From positions 372,001 through 436,000 of the forward strand of contig JBBPEB010000027.1 in NCBI GenBank assembly GCA_039096225.1: 64,000 nt of DNA. Reading direction: 5' to 3'. Shown in pieces: positions 42,877 through 64,000 of the stretch. Below the pieces are notes generated by a model. That model worked only from the letters and a program-made list of their open reading frames with translations, had not been told where the DNA came from and ran no database searches. The number at the start of each line of letters is the position of its first letter. The first letter of the stretch is position 1. The stretch comes from Blastocystis sp. Blastoise. Taxonomy: Eukaryota; Protista; Bigyra: Opalinata. The position numbers and the translations under genes were made by a program.

Positions 42877-45800
42877 TTATAGTACAACAACCACTGCAGC
42901 TACTGATACGGCTTTAAGTAATGGTTATGATGATTATTTTAGAGTGTATATATATATTTATATCATTAAATATTATTATTATTATATATTATATATTATA
43001 TATTCTTCTAGTGTACGTCATTCTGCTCAATATTTCTTTCAAAGTTATCAGACTATTATTTTAGCTGTTGAAGTACATCCTATTAAAGGAGGTACTGCTC
43101 ATTCTGATACATTTAATGCATATTTTGCTATGAGAACTTATCGTATATATATATATATATATTATTATTATTATTATTATTATTCTATATTATAGATGAT
43201 ATTAAGAGTGCTACTCAAGATGGTTTTATAACAAGTATTCCTGATACAAGTGCAGATGATAATGATAATAAATTATTTGATAATAATTTATATTCTATAT
43301 GGGAATCAAAATCATTTAATGGTGAAAACTCTATTACGTATACTTTTAATAATGGAAGGTATATATATATATATATATATATTTTATTCATTTATTTAAT
43401 AATAATTATTTTTAAATAAATTTTATTATATAATATATACTATATATATAGAGCTGAATGGATTAATCAATATTCCATTAGTTGTGGTTATGATTTTGGA
43501 AAGAATCCAAAAGATTTTAAATTGGAAGGTTCTGTAGATGGTATTCATTGGGATTTATTAAATATACAAACATATATATATTTTAATATAACACTTGAAG
43601 TACAAAATTTTGGTCTTTATTCAAATACAAGAGCTTATAATCAATATAAATTTACTATTCGTATATATTATTATTTTTATTTATTATTATTATATATTAT
43701 TATTTATTTTTATTATTTTTTAATTATTAATTATGAATTATTATTATAATTATTTTATATAGAATCTATAAGAGATCCATCTATGAATGCAGTTGAAATT
43801 GGAGAAATTGGTTATTATACTGTTCCAAAGAATGTATATACTAAATTACGATATGAGAAAAGTGATTATATATTTTCAACAATAGATCGAATAGTAGTTA
43901 TTCGTCCTAATACATATACATATATGAATTATAGATTAGAATCAGAAATTCCTGATGGTTTTACTTTTAATAGTGTTGATGGTGTTATTATAGGTAATAG
44001 TAATAAACGTTTTGATCCTATGACTGTTACTATATCAGCTGTAAATAAAGTTACAAATATACGTGAATCTGTATCTATACGTATGAGAGCAACTGGGTGT
44101 AATTTAGAAGATGAAGTATTAATTCGTATTGTACAAACTGTTTATGGATATAATTATTATAATGAAATATGGGAATTATATGATTTAGAAGATAATCTTA
44201 TTATGAGTGGTCGTGGACGTCGTGTTCCTTATAGTAATATTGCTATTTCTCAATTTTGTGCTAAAAATATGGAATATAAAATAAAATTTGTTACTATTAA
44301 TGGTATTAGTTGGCATCCTTCTTCTACTATAGAAATCATAGCTATTCATGATCATGATCATAGTCATGGAGAAGATATTATTTATACGGGTCATTCACAT
44401 ACTGGCTCTACAAAAACAGTACAAGTACAAATTGGGTATACTTTACCTTATAGTTCTATTAGTACAATAAGTAGAATAGATGGTGTTATTCCTCATTATT
44501 GGTATAAACCTACTTATATATATACAGATATTGATTGGAATATTAATTATGGTATGTATCCAAGACCTAGTATATATTCAAAAATATCTTTAACTAGAAG
44601 AAAAATATATATTAGTAGTATTATTAGTTCTATTACATTTGAAATACGTTTAATTATTCGTGGTGGTTCTGTTGTTTATTGGAATGGTGAAGAAATCTAT
44701 AGAAATTATTTACCTAGTGGTACTATTACTTCTTCTACTGTTACTACTTATACTTCATTAAATTATATAACTATATATATACGTATTCCTATATGGCAAG
44801 TAATTATAGGTGATAATGTATTAGCATTTATTAATGTACTTCCTGATGAAGTTACTTATCCTACTTCTTATGATAATGATTGTGCTGGTTTATTAGTACA
44901 TGAATCAGTAGCTATTACTACAATTAGAGATATAATAATAACTGTTTCTCATACTGATGAAGGTTATAAAGTTATATATCTTAATGATGGTTTACCTGAT
45001 ACTATATGGGTATCAACACATATTGGTGTCACTGAAGCTACTGATTATATTTATCTTAAATATAATAATAATACTGCTAATTTTGTTAATAAATATTGTA
45101 TAGTTATTACTACTCTTGCTATAACTAGTGCTCCTATTGAATGGACATTTTATGGTTGTGATTCAAATAATGATAATTGTGCTATACTGGATATAGAATA
45201 TAATATTAATTGGAAATATAAATCTGAACGTCGTTGTTTTTATACTGTTCCTCATACTATATCTTATAGTTCTTATAAAATATTCCTTACTAAATCAGGT
45301 AGTACAGGTACTTATGTTCAATATGCATTAGCTGATATAGAATTATTAAGTGATGATTATACAAATATTATTATACATTCATTAACTTATTATGAAAAAA
45401 TATTATATTTTTATAGATCTATATATGTTACTAGTATTACTCCTTCAACTGGTTATAGACATTTTTATATACATTCTGGATATACATTACCTAATGGATT
45501 ATATATAGATAGTAGTAGTGGTGTTATCTATGGTACTCCTACTGAAATAATGATTAAGCCATTAACAATAGTAGTTGATGCAGATAGTATTAAAGGTGAT
45601 GTTAGTTCTTCTACTATTGAAATCTATACAACAGAATGTACATTACCTAATGTTTTTATTAATATAGAAATTGATCATAGTAAAGATAATAAAGGATCCG
45701 AAATGTCATTTGAATTAATATCTTCTGATGGTATTACTATCATTGGTTCTCATTCTGATTTCCCTGATTATACTAATCTAACTTATTCTTATTGTATACC

Positions 45801-48762
45801 TAAAGGTATTCATTATATTAAATTATATGATACTTCTAATGATGGTTGGGATAATACATATATACAAGTTACACTTCGAGATCATACAGTAATAACAAGA
45901 GAAACATTATTAATTGGTCAATCTCCAAGACAAACTATAATAGATACTACATATATAATTATATCATTATATTCTGAATGGATATTTATTAATAGTATTT
46001 CTATTACATTGCCTGTAGATCATTCTTGGACATCTATTGATTATCATCCTATTGGATGGAGTACAGGTAATAAAGATACATTTGGTACACTTCAAGGAAT
46101 AACACAATATTATAGAAATGTTTTTGAAATTGAATATATATCAATACAAGCTGGTATTCAATATACAATAACATTAAATAGTGGTTGTATTATATATCTT
46201 AATGGTATAGAAATTCATAGAATTTATATGCCTATTGGTACTATTAATAATTCAACATTATCTACATATACAAATACTGAAACATTTACTACAGGTGGTT
46301 CTATTTCTATTCAATTTAATAATATGAATCTTAGAAATGGTTCAAATATAATAGCTATAGAAATACATAAAACTAGTATTAGTACTATAGAAAATGTATT
46401 TAGTTTTGTTAGTTCTATATTACCCGATAATCATTATCGTATATTTGATGGTATTGCTACTGCTTTCCAATATGATTCAGAAATAGAATCTCCTTCTCAT
46501 TGTTTTGATAATGATAATAATACTAAATGGTATTCTAGTGAACCTATTGTTACTAATTGGATTTCTTATCAATATTATAATGATAGAAGAGAATATATTA
46601 CTTCTTATACTATAACTACTGCTAATATAAAGAATGATAGACATCCTTCTGGTTGGAATATAGAAGGTTCTAATGATAATGGTATTACTTGGGAAATTAT
46701 TCAAAAGAAATCTAATATATATTTTACATCTTTTTCACAAACTATCTCTTTTGATATGATTCCTTCTAAATCATATAATAAATATCGACTTTATTTTACT
46801 CAAGGATTAAATTCACCTATTTTAGATAGTCAGATTGATTCAGGTACTCAATTAGCTGAAATACGTTTTTATTTAAAAACACTTATAGGTACATGTAATA
46901 CTACTAATGAAGGTCTTGGTCCATTTTTAAATGGTGAACAATTTACTAGAAAATGTCCATTATATTATACAGGTATTACTAAATCATTATGTAATAATAC
47001 TATTATTGAAGATGATAATAGTGATTGTATATTAAATCCTGTAACTACTATAAGTTATTCAGAAACTACATATATTATTGAAATAAGAAAATATTTTATT
47101 ATTAAACCTATAGTTGATAGTATATTAATAACATTTACTATTACTCCTTCTCTTCCTGAAGGTCTTACATTAGATCCTAATACTGGTATTATTTCTGGTA
47201 CACTTATTTCTTTTACTGAATCTATACAATATACTATTACTGCTACTAATACACAATCTGTATCAACAGTTATTCAATTAAGTACTTTAGTAACAATATG
47301 TATTGCTGAAGGTAAATGGCCTGAAACAAGTATTGGTTCTACAGCACATGCTATTTGTCCTATTGGTTTTGGATCACATGCTACAAGATATTGTAATGAA
47401 CAAGGTAAATGGGAAGATATTCTTAATGATGATGAATGTACTACTGTTGTTTGTAAAAGAGAAGAAGTAGATAATATTATATATGATGATACATCTATTA
47501 ATTTCCATAGTATGCCTAAATGTAATAATGAAGATATGTTTGGATATAATGATAGACGTTGTAATGATATTGATATTTATTCTGCCTCTTGGGGTGATAT
47601 TAATCGTCAAATGTGTTGTATGTAGTTATTATTATTTTATTATTATTATTATATTTATTTATTATTTATTTTATTTTTATTATTTTTATTATTTTATTTT
47701 TATTATTATATTTTTATTTATTTATTTATTTATTATTATTATTATTATATTTATTATATAATGTATCTATATATATCTAGTCCATAAGAGTGAAATATCA
47801 AATGGTGAAATTCGTATTGAAATGTCCATTAATTTAGTTGATGTTGATTATATTGAAGATCCTTTTGAATTATGTTTTTATGGTGTTCGTTCTGTTATTC
47901 TTATATTCCCTTATTTATTATCTAGTTTATTAGTTGCTACAAATGTAAAACAAATCTCTCCTGTATATATTTATGTGTTCTATATATATATATATATTAT
48001 TTTATTATAAGAATTTATATTTATATATAATATATATAGTTACAATCATCTAGTCAATATGATATATATATTGGTACAAATCATAATGGTTATAATTCTC
48101 ATATACAAAATTATTTAATAAATAATAAACATACAATGTTAGAAATCATTAAAATTAATTCTAATAATAAATTCCCCTCTAATATAACTATGAATAATTC
48201 TAATTTTAATTCCCAAACCTATGGTGATGCTATATGTCCTCCTAATTCTTATGTTTCAGAAGAATTAAATCTTTATGAATATTCTCCTATGGATTGTGAA
48301 GGTAGTAATACTCTTTATCCTTTATATGAATGTCAACAAAATAAATTTAAATTTGAAAATAAATTTATTAATTATATGAAATGTCCTCCTCGTTCTACTC
48401 TATATATATCTTATAATCTTATTATTGAAGGAGTTAATACTCAAAGAATAAGAGATTCCGATTATATATATATGTATAGAGCTATTTTACACTCTAGTAA
48501 TATTATTATTAAAAATATGTATTTAACTAGATATGATAATATTAATGAAAATAATGATTCTTCTATATACTTTATTATTCAAACTATTGATTCATCTACT
48601 ATTTATGAAGATGCATCTAATTTACAAATTCTTGATAATACTCAAATGAATTTATTTATGAATAATCTTTCTCCTTCTCTTCGAAATAATATTAAATCTA
48701 TTCAAATTAAAACAGATGTTATTAATAATAATACATCTGATAGAAAACTTAGAGGATTCTAA
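39794..48762 (+). CDS. Giant secreted multidomain protein, family A copy 2, with ~700-aa N-terminal extension; ends RKLRGF*
   Basis: ATG 39794 MIMRPIILLFIIAIALSQTS|CGN. A 2.3-kb exon (39918-42246), an intron-rich module (42363-43660), a ~3.86-kb exon (43762-47617) and final exons 47781-47962 and 48040-48762. Colinear with 6403-13701 and 53169-60195. Confidence 0.85.
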
Positions 48763-49589
48763 GTTTATTTTTTTTTATGAGACAATTTTAATCCCTTAAT
48801 ATATATATAATATATATTATTGGTTATTTTCTATTATATAAAATTATTTAATTAATTTATATAAAATATCAAAATGTCTCATACTCCTGTGTACTTTTAT
48901 TCTAAAATTATTATATATAGAATATATATTTAAAATTTATACTATGTTTTTTTTTTAGTATACCTTTTATTTATATATCAATTATTATTATTTTTTATAT
49001 ATAACAATTATGTATTTTTAGTTGTTTTTATTCTCTCTCTCTCTCTCTACTATAATTAATATATCTTTATGAATAATATTATAAATATTATATAGCAAAT
49101 CAAAACTATATTTTTATCAATAATCTGTTTTTTTTTTTCTAATTTACTATAATATTTTTTTATTTCTATTTTATTCATTATTAAAGATATTTATGGCATT
49201 TAAAGAATTTATTGTTTTGTTTCGGTAGATATTTTAATGTATTCTATTAGATACTATTTATATTTATTTGTAATTAAAAGGTTTATTTTGCTTTTGTAAA
49301 GAGTTATATTATAACTAAAATATACATTTCTGTGATAGTCATAGCAAGTGCATAGAATATAGGGAAGGCACTGAAATGATGATAATTTGTTATTCGTGAA
49401 ATTATTATATACTAATTAATTAAAAAACTTTTAATAATAATAAATATTGTTAGCAAACAATTAACTAAACTATTTTATATGTTAAAAACATAAAAAAAAT
49501 TATTATATATAATAAAAATATTTTCAATAAAGAAAAGAAAACAATATATATATAACGAAAGAAATAAAAAACATAATTTATTATATAAT

Positions 49590-51158
49590 TTAAACTCTTC
49601 CCCATACTTCATAATCTTCTACTGTAAACATATTAGCAGAATTTGCATCATCAGTATTTACAAATAATGATGATTTTTGAGGAGTATTCACTTCAGAATA
49701 AGAATGTGCATAACAATAAGAATTAGTATTACTATGACATTGATCATATATATGGATACCATGACCATATCCAAATACTGGACCATAAGAAGAACTACAA
49801 CCTATACCATAACTACTATCAATAATTGCATAATCATATTTAGTAGGAGAAATACCATGTTCATTACTTAAAGTAAATAAAAATTCTTTAGAATAAGATT
49901 TCCAACGTATATAAATGATATTAAACAATTATATAAAATAAATAAATATACGACCTGAACTATCCCAACTTTGATCTGTATATCCTCCAAATATATTAAT
50001 ATGATTATTATTACCTATATGTTTGATTATAGTCACTGTTTCTCCTTGATTATCACAATATCTATGAAATTCGTCTTTTGAATAATTATGCTCACTTGCT
50101 CTATATATAATATAAAATGATTAAAAATATATAAATACCTAAATAATAATTTCCATTTCTTTTCTTTACCAAGCCAATTTACTAATGAACTCTCTAATGA
50201 CTTATTTAAAATAATAGTACTTCCTTTAAACAAACACTTTACCAGTCCTTCATTTATAGCTCCTTCCTTTATCACCAAATAAACTATACATTTCATTCTC
50301 TAATAATTCACTATTTATATTCTTTGTTTCTTCTTCAGAAATATAAATACAATTATATTGAATATATTCATCAATATGATCAATATATGTATAATCCATC
50401 TTCAAATACATTTCATTATTCTTTTCATCATAATCTACGTATCCATCAGCATATTCATTAACAATCTTATTCCATAATCCATTCTTCTTCAAATAATCTC
50501 TTAATATATCATCTTTCTTGTCATTTATATAAAGAATAACATCATCACCTTCTTTATATGGTTTCACGCCATGATCTCTTCTATAATAGGTTTTCATTAA
50601 TTCTTCAGGCATAGGTAATTCACAATATTCAAACATTCTTAATAACTCAAATTGATCTCTATATTTTAACTTATTAATACATATTTTTTTATTCATTAAA
50701 GAATCAATTAATAAAGGAGCTACTGTTTCATCATAAGGATAATCTAAATAAATAGTACCATCAACAGTCTTTATATCCTCTTGAGAATATTCATAAAGAA
50801 GACTACCCACTAAACTATTTGTTATTCTTTTAGGAAGAGAATAAACTGGACCATTACTTGTAAATCGAATATAATCAATTCCATTATCATTATTATTCAT
50901 AGTAGCATCATATTCATTCAGAAAAGAAGATTCTTGGATAATTATACTTGGATCAACACCATTCTTATCCTTCATTCCTTCAAAATTTCTTGTTAATCGA
51001 CTCACTAATTCATTCACTGACTCACCTGAATGAATACAGAAACTTATTGACTTACTTAAAATACCAATCAAATGACCAGTCAGTCTTTCAAAATGAATCA
51101 CATCCTTTTGAATATCACCCATCTTCTCAGCATCAAATTCTACCTTCTCATTCACCAT
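49590..51158 (-). pseudogene. BTB-like + TLDc gene, apparently disrupted (or assembly errors)
   Basis: ORF 50250-51158 shifts frame at GDKGR (~50262) into AINEGLVK..WLGKEKKWKLLFR|ASEH...IFGGYT. The last intron ends ATATAC rather than AG (~49907). The TLDc C-terminus YGPVFG.GH...VEDYEVW* is intact. Confidence 0.7.
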
Positions 51159-53168
51159 TCTTAATAATAAAAGGAATAAAAGAATAATGAAAGTTTTTTT
51201 AAATTAAATTATGAAACTGTGTTCTTATATAGCTTGATATTTAATAATAATCGTAAATATTTTTAAACATTTTTATTTTATCAATTTATAATTATTTTCA
51301 TTTTATAGCTTTCATTTCAAAATAAATATTGATTTTAATAATTTTTTATTCATTCTTTTTTATTCTCTTATTATTCATCTAATTTGCATTTATAGTGAAA
51401 ACTGTCATATTTAATTGGTTTTAAACCGTGTGATCTACAAAAATAATATTAAAATAAATTAAAATAAACAACTCATTGACATTTTTCCATCCATTAGCTA
51501 CTATTACAAGTCTATTATATTTTAATTATTAATCAAGTTGCTCTTATTATTTTTAATTTTCGTTAATTACTTCTGAATACCTTTCTTTATTCACACTTTT
51601 GTTAATAATATTCCTAATATGATTTATTTGAACATTAATTTATAATCACTATTATTCAAATGATTATAATTTGTAGGGTTCACTTATCTATATTATGATT
51701 ATCATTTTTTTATAAATAATCACTCCAATTGTTTCGTATTTTTTATTTATATATATCTATTATATATATACTCTATTTATAATAAGATTCTCTATTCAGT
51801 CAATATTATTTATTTTCTTCAATTTCGAAATCATCTTATTTATTCGACAATTTAATACTCTATCTATTGTTATTGTATACAAGTAATTAATAATGATATG
51901 TCTTACACAAATAATAATCATCATGCATGTTAATATATTCTCTCCATTCAAATAGCTATTATCTACTGTTTTTATATTATTTCAACAACACATTATTCTC
52001 AATGATTCTTATATATATTTACCCTATTCATTAATAAATTAAATATAATTATCTCTTAACAGACACTATTTCTTGATTATTTTCTTATTCTATAAATATA
52101 AATTAAATAATTAATAAGCTGCATGATTTAATATAATAACATATAAAAGAAATTGAATTATAGCAATTTACCTATATATTTTATATCTCAATTATATAAT
52201 ATATATAATGTATCATATTTATCTAATAGTTGTAAAACATATAACATTTTTTTTGATTACAAACTATACTATTAGTATTTTATATCCTATTTATTATTAT
52301 ATTTAATTATACATATAATAGCAACTATTGGCGACTAAGAAAATTAAAAAAGAAAAGAAAAATTCAACAACCTATATAAATGTCTCATTATCTCCATTTT
52401 TATACCATTTTTAAAATACTTTTTATAAAAACTTAATAAACTAAAAAAAATATATACTATTAAGGGTTAAATATTTTTTATAATAAAAGTTTTTTTTAAT
52501 TATACTCTCCCAAAACATCATTTCATTTCGACGTTGCAATCGATAGAAAATATGACACTTTCCATACTTTTTGTCAATGAAAAAAGTATTTTTGATCTAT
52601 CATTGCTATATATATATATATATATATATATTTAATGTAAAGACAAAACAAATAATATACATTCTTTCTCCATTATAGAATTATGTTCTCATATTTGTTT
52701 TGTTTATTAGCAACATCATTCATGATTATTCTTAACATAAATATTTTTATATAAGTTTTTTCATGATTAAAAGACTATACCTTCTTTTACAAACCATAAA
52801 ACAATGTTTAATATCGAATGGCTTTGTTTTATAAATTTTTGATCACTTTTTCTTCAAAACTGTGACCTGTCTATAAATATAAAGTCAACAAAACAAACAA
52901 TTTATTTTTATAACATTTATAAAAAACTACAAGACGCAAATATTGTAGTAAAATGTAAAAATAAATATTTTTTATGTATATATAATATAATATTTATGAT
53001 ATATTTAAATACATATATAATAATAGCATATAATAATAGTAATTAAGAATAAGTATTTTTTTTTTGAAAATAATAATAATATGTATAATAAAAAGAATAT
53101 TATATAAAAATAAATAATAATCATAGAATAGAATACTATATAAAAAAATATTATAAGTATATATAAAT

Positions 53169-60195
<7,027 letters not shown>

Positions 60196-60364
60196 TGTGA
60201 ATTATTATTATATCAAGAATAAATAATTTTTGTGGATAAATGAGAATGAATAATCTCATATCTTTGTCCACTTTTATTAAAAGATGTTTAGTTCAAAAAA
60301 GAATAGAAAAACAAGATTTTCACTGAATTCTCTATTGATATTCACGATTATAATCCATAGAGAT

Positions 60365-60545
60365 GACACATCAATTCAGCCAATAAGAATTCAGATCTAA
60401 GTTCTCCAAAAATATAGGAATTTCCCCGTTTTTTGGGATATCGAATTCTAAATGAAAAAACTATTGGCTATTTGTCGTCTGTATTGACTGATGCATGTTG
60501 ATGTTTTAAGCAAATCAATTGGATAAAAGTGTAAAGAGCCAATTA
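60365..60545 (-). promoter_or_regulatory. Upstream CCAAT-box cluster (family A copy 3)
   Basis: GACACATCAATTCAGCCAATAA (60380), CTATTGGCTATTT (60463), ATTGG (60518) and GAGCCAAT (60539). Similar to 14190-14310. Confidence 0.45.
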
Positions 60546-63101
60546 TATTTGTTAAAAAGCAAAAAAAAAAACCATATGGTATATGTAGAGAACCATAATA
60601 ATATATGTTTCCTTATTATGACGTATCACACAAAAATACTACTGTAGCCAAGCTATTATTAAAGGAGTCAAGTTTCCATAGCTTTTTTTTCTAACTTTTT
60701 ATATTCACTAATTCATGTTATATCGATATTAATTTTGATACAAGGACCAAGAGACGAGTCTATTGATACCCAGAAAGTAGGTGAAAAAGTGCTTATTTAG
60801 GATAAACAGTTTCTTGTTGGTATTACGATTATTTGTTAGTTTTTTTTTAATATTTATGCGATACTAAGCGATTATACATCAATTCATAAGCTTATATACA
60901 TGAAAATAAGTAGATGTTGAAAAATATGTTCACATTGAATTGGCTGATTAAAGGATTACTGAAGTGAATTCAAATAGAGAATAGCTTAGTAGATCAGATA
61001 AAGGTATTTATAGCCCATGATAACGTAGATAGAAAAGAAACTATGATTTGGTCTTTGTTTCAAGAAGATTTTGGATATTTTATGATTTCTACACTTTGTT
61101 TGAGGTATTTCTATTCAATATGAAGAGAGTACAGTATTCAGGAAGTCAATTTGTTCATGCAAACAATTTACAATGGAGAATAATGAATATAAACTTAATA
61201 CAGCAGTCGTATTTCATAGAATACTAACAATATTTAATTTCAAATATATAGCTAACATACATTAAGATGTAAAAGCAGTTACTTTTAGAAAAGAAATGAG
61301 AGAAATTTCTTTTTGTTATGAAAATTTCGTTTTTCGTATTTAAATACTTATTTGTTCCCTGATTATATTAATAAAAATTGTCATTCTTTGTTCTCTAAAT
61401 ATAATGAGTATTATTATATATATGGAGTAGATAGCAATTTGATTGCTTTTAGTGTATGATATATTATAGATTATGTGTTCAAATTTATTCATTTTATCGT
61501 TAATTGTGATTAGATGATTTTTTCTTGGATGTTTTTAATAGACAGAATTGATGAACAATATAGGTAAATGATGGTGATATTATATCTACTAAATATATAT
61601 AAAATAATTATATGAATTAGTGCACTTGAGTTTATTTTGTTCGATTCTAAGCATATCTATTTCTCTATCTTGTTCTCAGAATCAATAGATTAGCAATAAC
61701 GCTAAAGAAGGATTAAATTAAGTGAAAGTAATTGGATTACATTAGAAATTGTGTAAAAAATTATTCTGAACTTAGTTATATTATTAATCATATATGAAAA
61801 ACGATTCAAAATAACTCTAAAGAGAAATTTATGACATATTTATTATTTATGAGTGAAAAATAAAAGGAAAAACTTTTTTTTAATTGTTATGCACTTTTAA
61901 TTAAATTATGTGTTTTTTAGAACATTATATATAGTACATTTTATCATTGTTTTGAAATTATTTAAAGCTCTACAAAATGTATATTTTTGTTTATATTTTT
62001 TGTTGAAATTAATTCCTTCCAATAAGTTTTTTTATATGAAGCCATAGTTGTGATTAAAAAAGAAATTTAAAGTAAACTATTCTTTGTCTTATTTTATTAT
62101 AATAATATCTTTAAGCAACTTCAGAGGATATTATTAATGAATAAATTATTTATTATATTAAAAAATAAATAAATATGCTAAAACAAAACAACAAATTGAG
62201 TTGAATCTCGGACAAAGTAAAAATAAAAAATAAATATTTATATTGTTTTGAAATAGTATGTATAATATATAATATATATAATTAGTTATAAATATCAAGA
62301 ATTATAATACAAAAAAAAATAGAAAACTTGATAGAAAATAAATTAATTAAGATTAATTTATGTTTAGAATTGTTTTAAATATTTTAATAAAAAAAAGAAT
62401 GGTATGAATAAAACCATATATAGCTATTATATCAATAGTTTTATAAATAAAAAAAACTATATATATTATATAGATATATTTATATTAAAATTTATAGCTT
62501 ATTTAGAAAATAAGTACCATAATGAAATATTAATAAACAATTGAAAATGTATATCTGGATAATATAATCTATATTTAAAAATAAAAAATAGATAATATAT
62601 TAATAATAAGAATTAAATATTAAATAAAGTTTTTAAATATATATAAGTATTAAAGAGAAATTATCAATGGAAATATGGTATTCATTTATCAAATGCAATA
62701 ATGATAATAATAGTTTCTATTGTAATATAGAATAGATAAAACAAAGATAATTCTACTTTATATAAAAAGAAAATAAATAATATGTAAATATATATATATA
62801 TAATCAAGTTAATTGATATATATTTGTGTATATATAACAATAAATATAATCAAAAAAAAAAAAATGCAAATTATATATATATAGAAAAAGTATAATAAGT
62901 TGAAAAATATATTTTTATATATATAATGTATATTAGAATATTAAAAAACAATAATATTAAATATTAAAAAAATTAAGATAATAAATATTAAAAAAAAAAT
63001 AATAGTAAATATTAAGAAAAAATATAATATTATATATTATAAAAGTTATAATAATAAATATTATATTACAAAAATAATAGAATAAAAATATATAATAATA
63101 A

Positions 63102-64000
63102 TTACATAGAATTTATTACATTTATATTCATAGAAGAATATTTAAATGAAATAGCTTTAGATAATTGTTCTTCTAATAGAATTCTATCAAACCAAGTACC
63201 AGTAGAAGGATTCTCAATTTGAATTTCATTAGGAAAAGAAATAGAATAGTTTATAGTTAATTTATTATGAATATCTGTAGTAGATTCAATAGAATGTATT
63301 TTTAATTGTGATATAGGAACATGAATAGATTTTAATAATGATCTATATATGGATATATGAATATTAGGACCAATATATGTATTTTTATTATCAGTTAATA
63401 CTATAGATAAGCCAAATAATTGATTCATAGGTATATTGGATGTTGTTACAGGAATTAAATCATATTCTAATTTATCTTGTTTACAGAAATATGTAGTAAG
63501 ATATGTTAATGAATTTATGTTTTCTATATCTAAATAATAACTATTAAATTGTATTTTTTTATTAGTATCATATGGATGTTGACAATATATAGTTGATTGA
63601 TCTATAGTTGTTTCTGTACTGATAATAGGAGTAGTAGAAATAAGAGGAGAATCTGGTAATGAATTAATTTTCTTCAAAAAAGATTGATGTTTAGAAGAAG
63701 AAGTAGTAGTAGTTATAGAAGAAGAAGTATACGAATCCATATTTGATCCAAAATAAACTTGAAGTTGAAGGGAATCAGACTATATATAATATTTATAAAA
63801 TAAATTTTTATATAAATTATTAATTGAAATGATTATTAATATAGATTATTAATATAGATTATTATATATATTATATATATTATATATAAATACATTATTA
63901 TCGTCACTGTATTTTGTAGTAAGAAGAAGATCTGTAAGTTGATATTTATATGTATCAATAAAAGATCTAGCAACAGATATTAATACTTGGAAAACATCAT
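63102..64000 (-). CDS. 3' exons of a second family-B giant protein (5' part beyond the window)
   Basis: YQLTDLLLTT, YCQHP, TTYFCKQDKL.Y.LIP and ISIYRSLL align with 28022-28842; the intron is at the same position; ends INVINSM*. Confidence 0.85.

Noticed and set aside
50260-50277. 13-16-nt GT-AG mini-intron rescuing the frameshift
   Set aside because: It is far shorter than other introns here (~40 nt or more) and would delete the GDKG motif conserved in the paralog.

Overview
Extremely AT-rich, intron-containing eukaryotic DNA. Introns are short GT(AT)...(AT)AG introns filled with AT microsatellites. Gene families and style suggest an anaerobic gut stramenopile such as a low-GC Blastocystis lineage; this is inference only. 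No rRNA, tRNA, CRISPR or clear transposon was seen. The window is almost all expanded, interleaved families: (i) five giant (~1700-2700 aa) genes built from a repeated [putative Ig/He_PIG + beta-sandwich + galactose-binding-like + discoidin/F5/8-like] unit followed by Cys/Trp HRM-like modules; the four complete copies have signal peptides and no obvious TM anchor, and three end in R[RK]LRxx-stop; (ii) three BTB-like + 'FPxL' LRR-like genes (one pseudogene); (iii) three BTB-like/TLDc-family genes (two disrupted); (iv) one GT23/FUT8-like fucosyltransferase and one Rab pseudogene. Paralog comparison within the window shows precise intron presence/absence differences, intronless multi-kb exons encoding modules that are intron-rich elsewhere in the same gene, and a conserved upstream CCAAT-containing element. 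Domain calls come from motif recognition by eye, not HMM searches.
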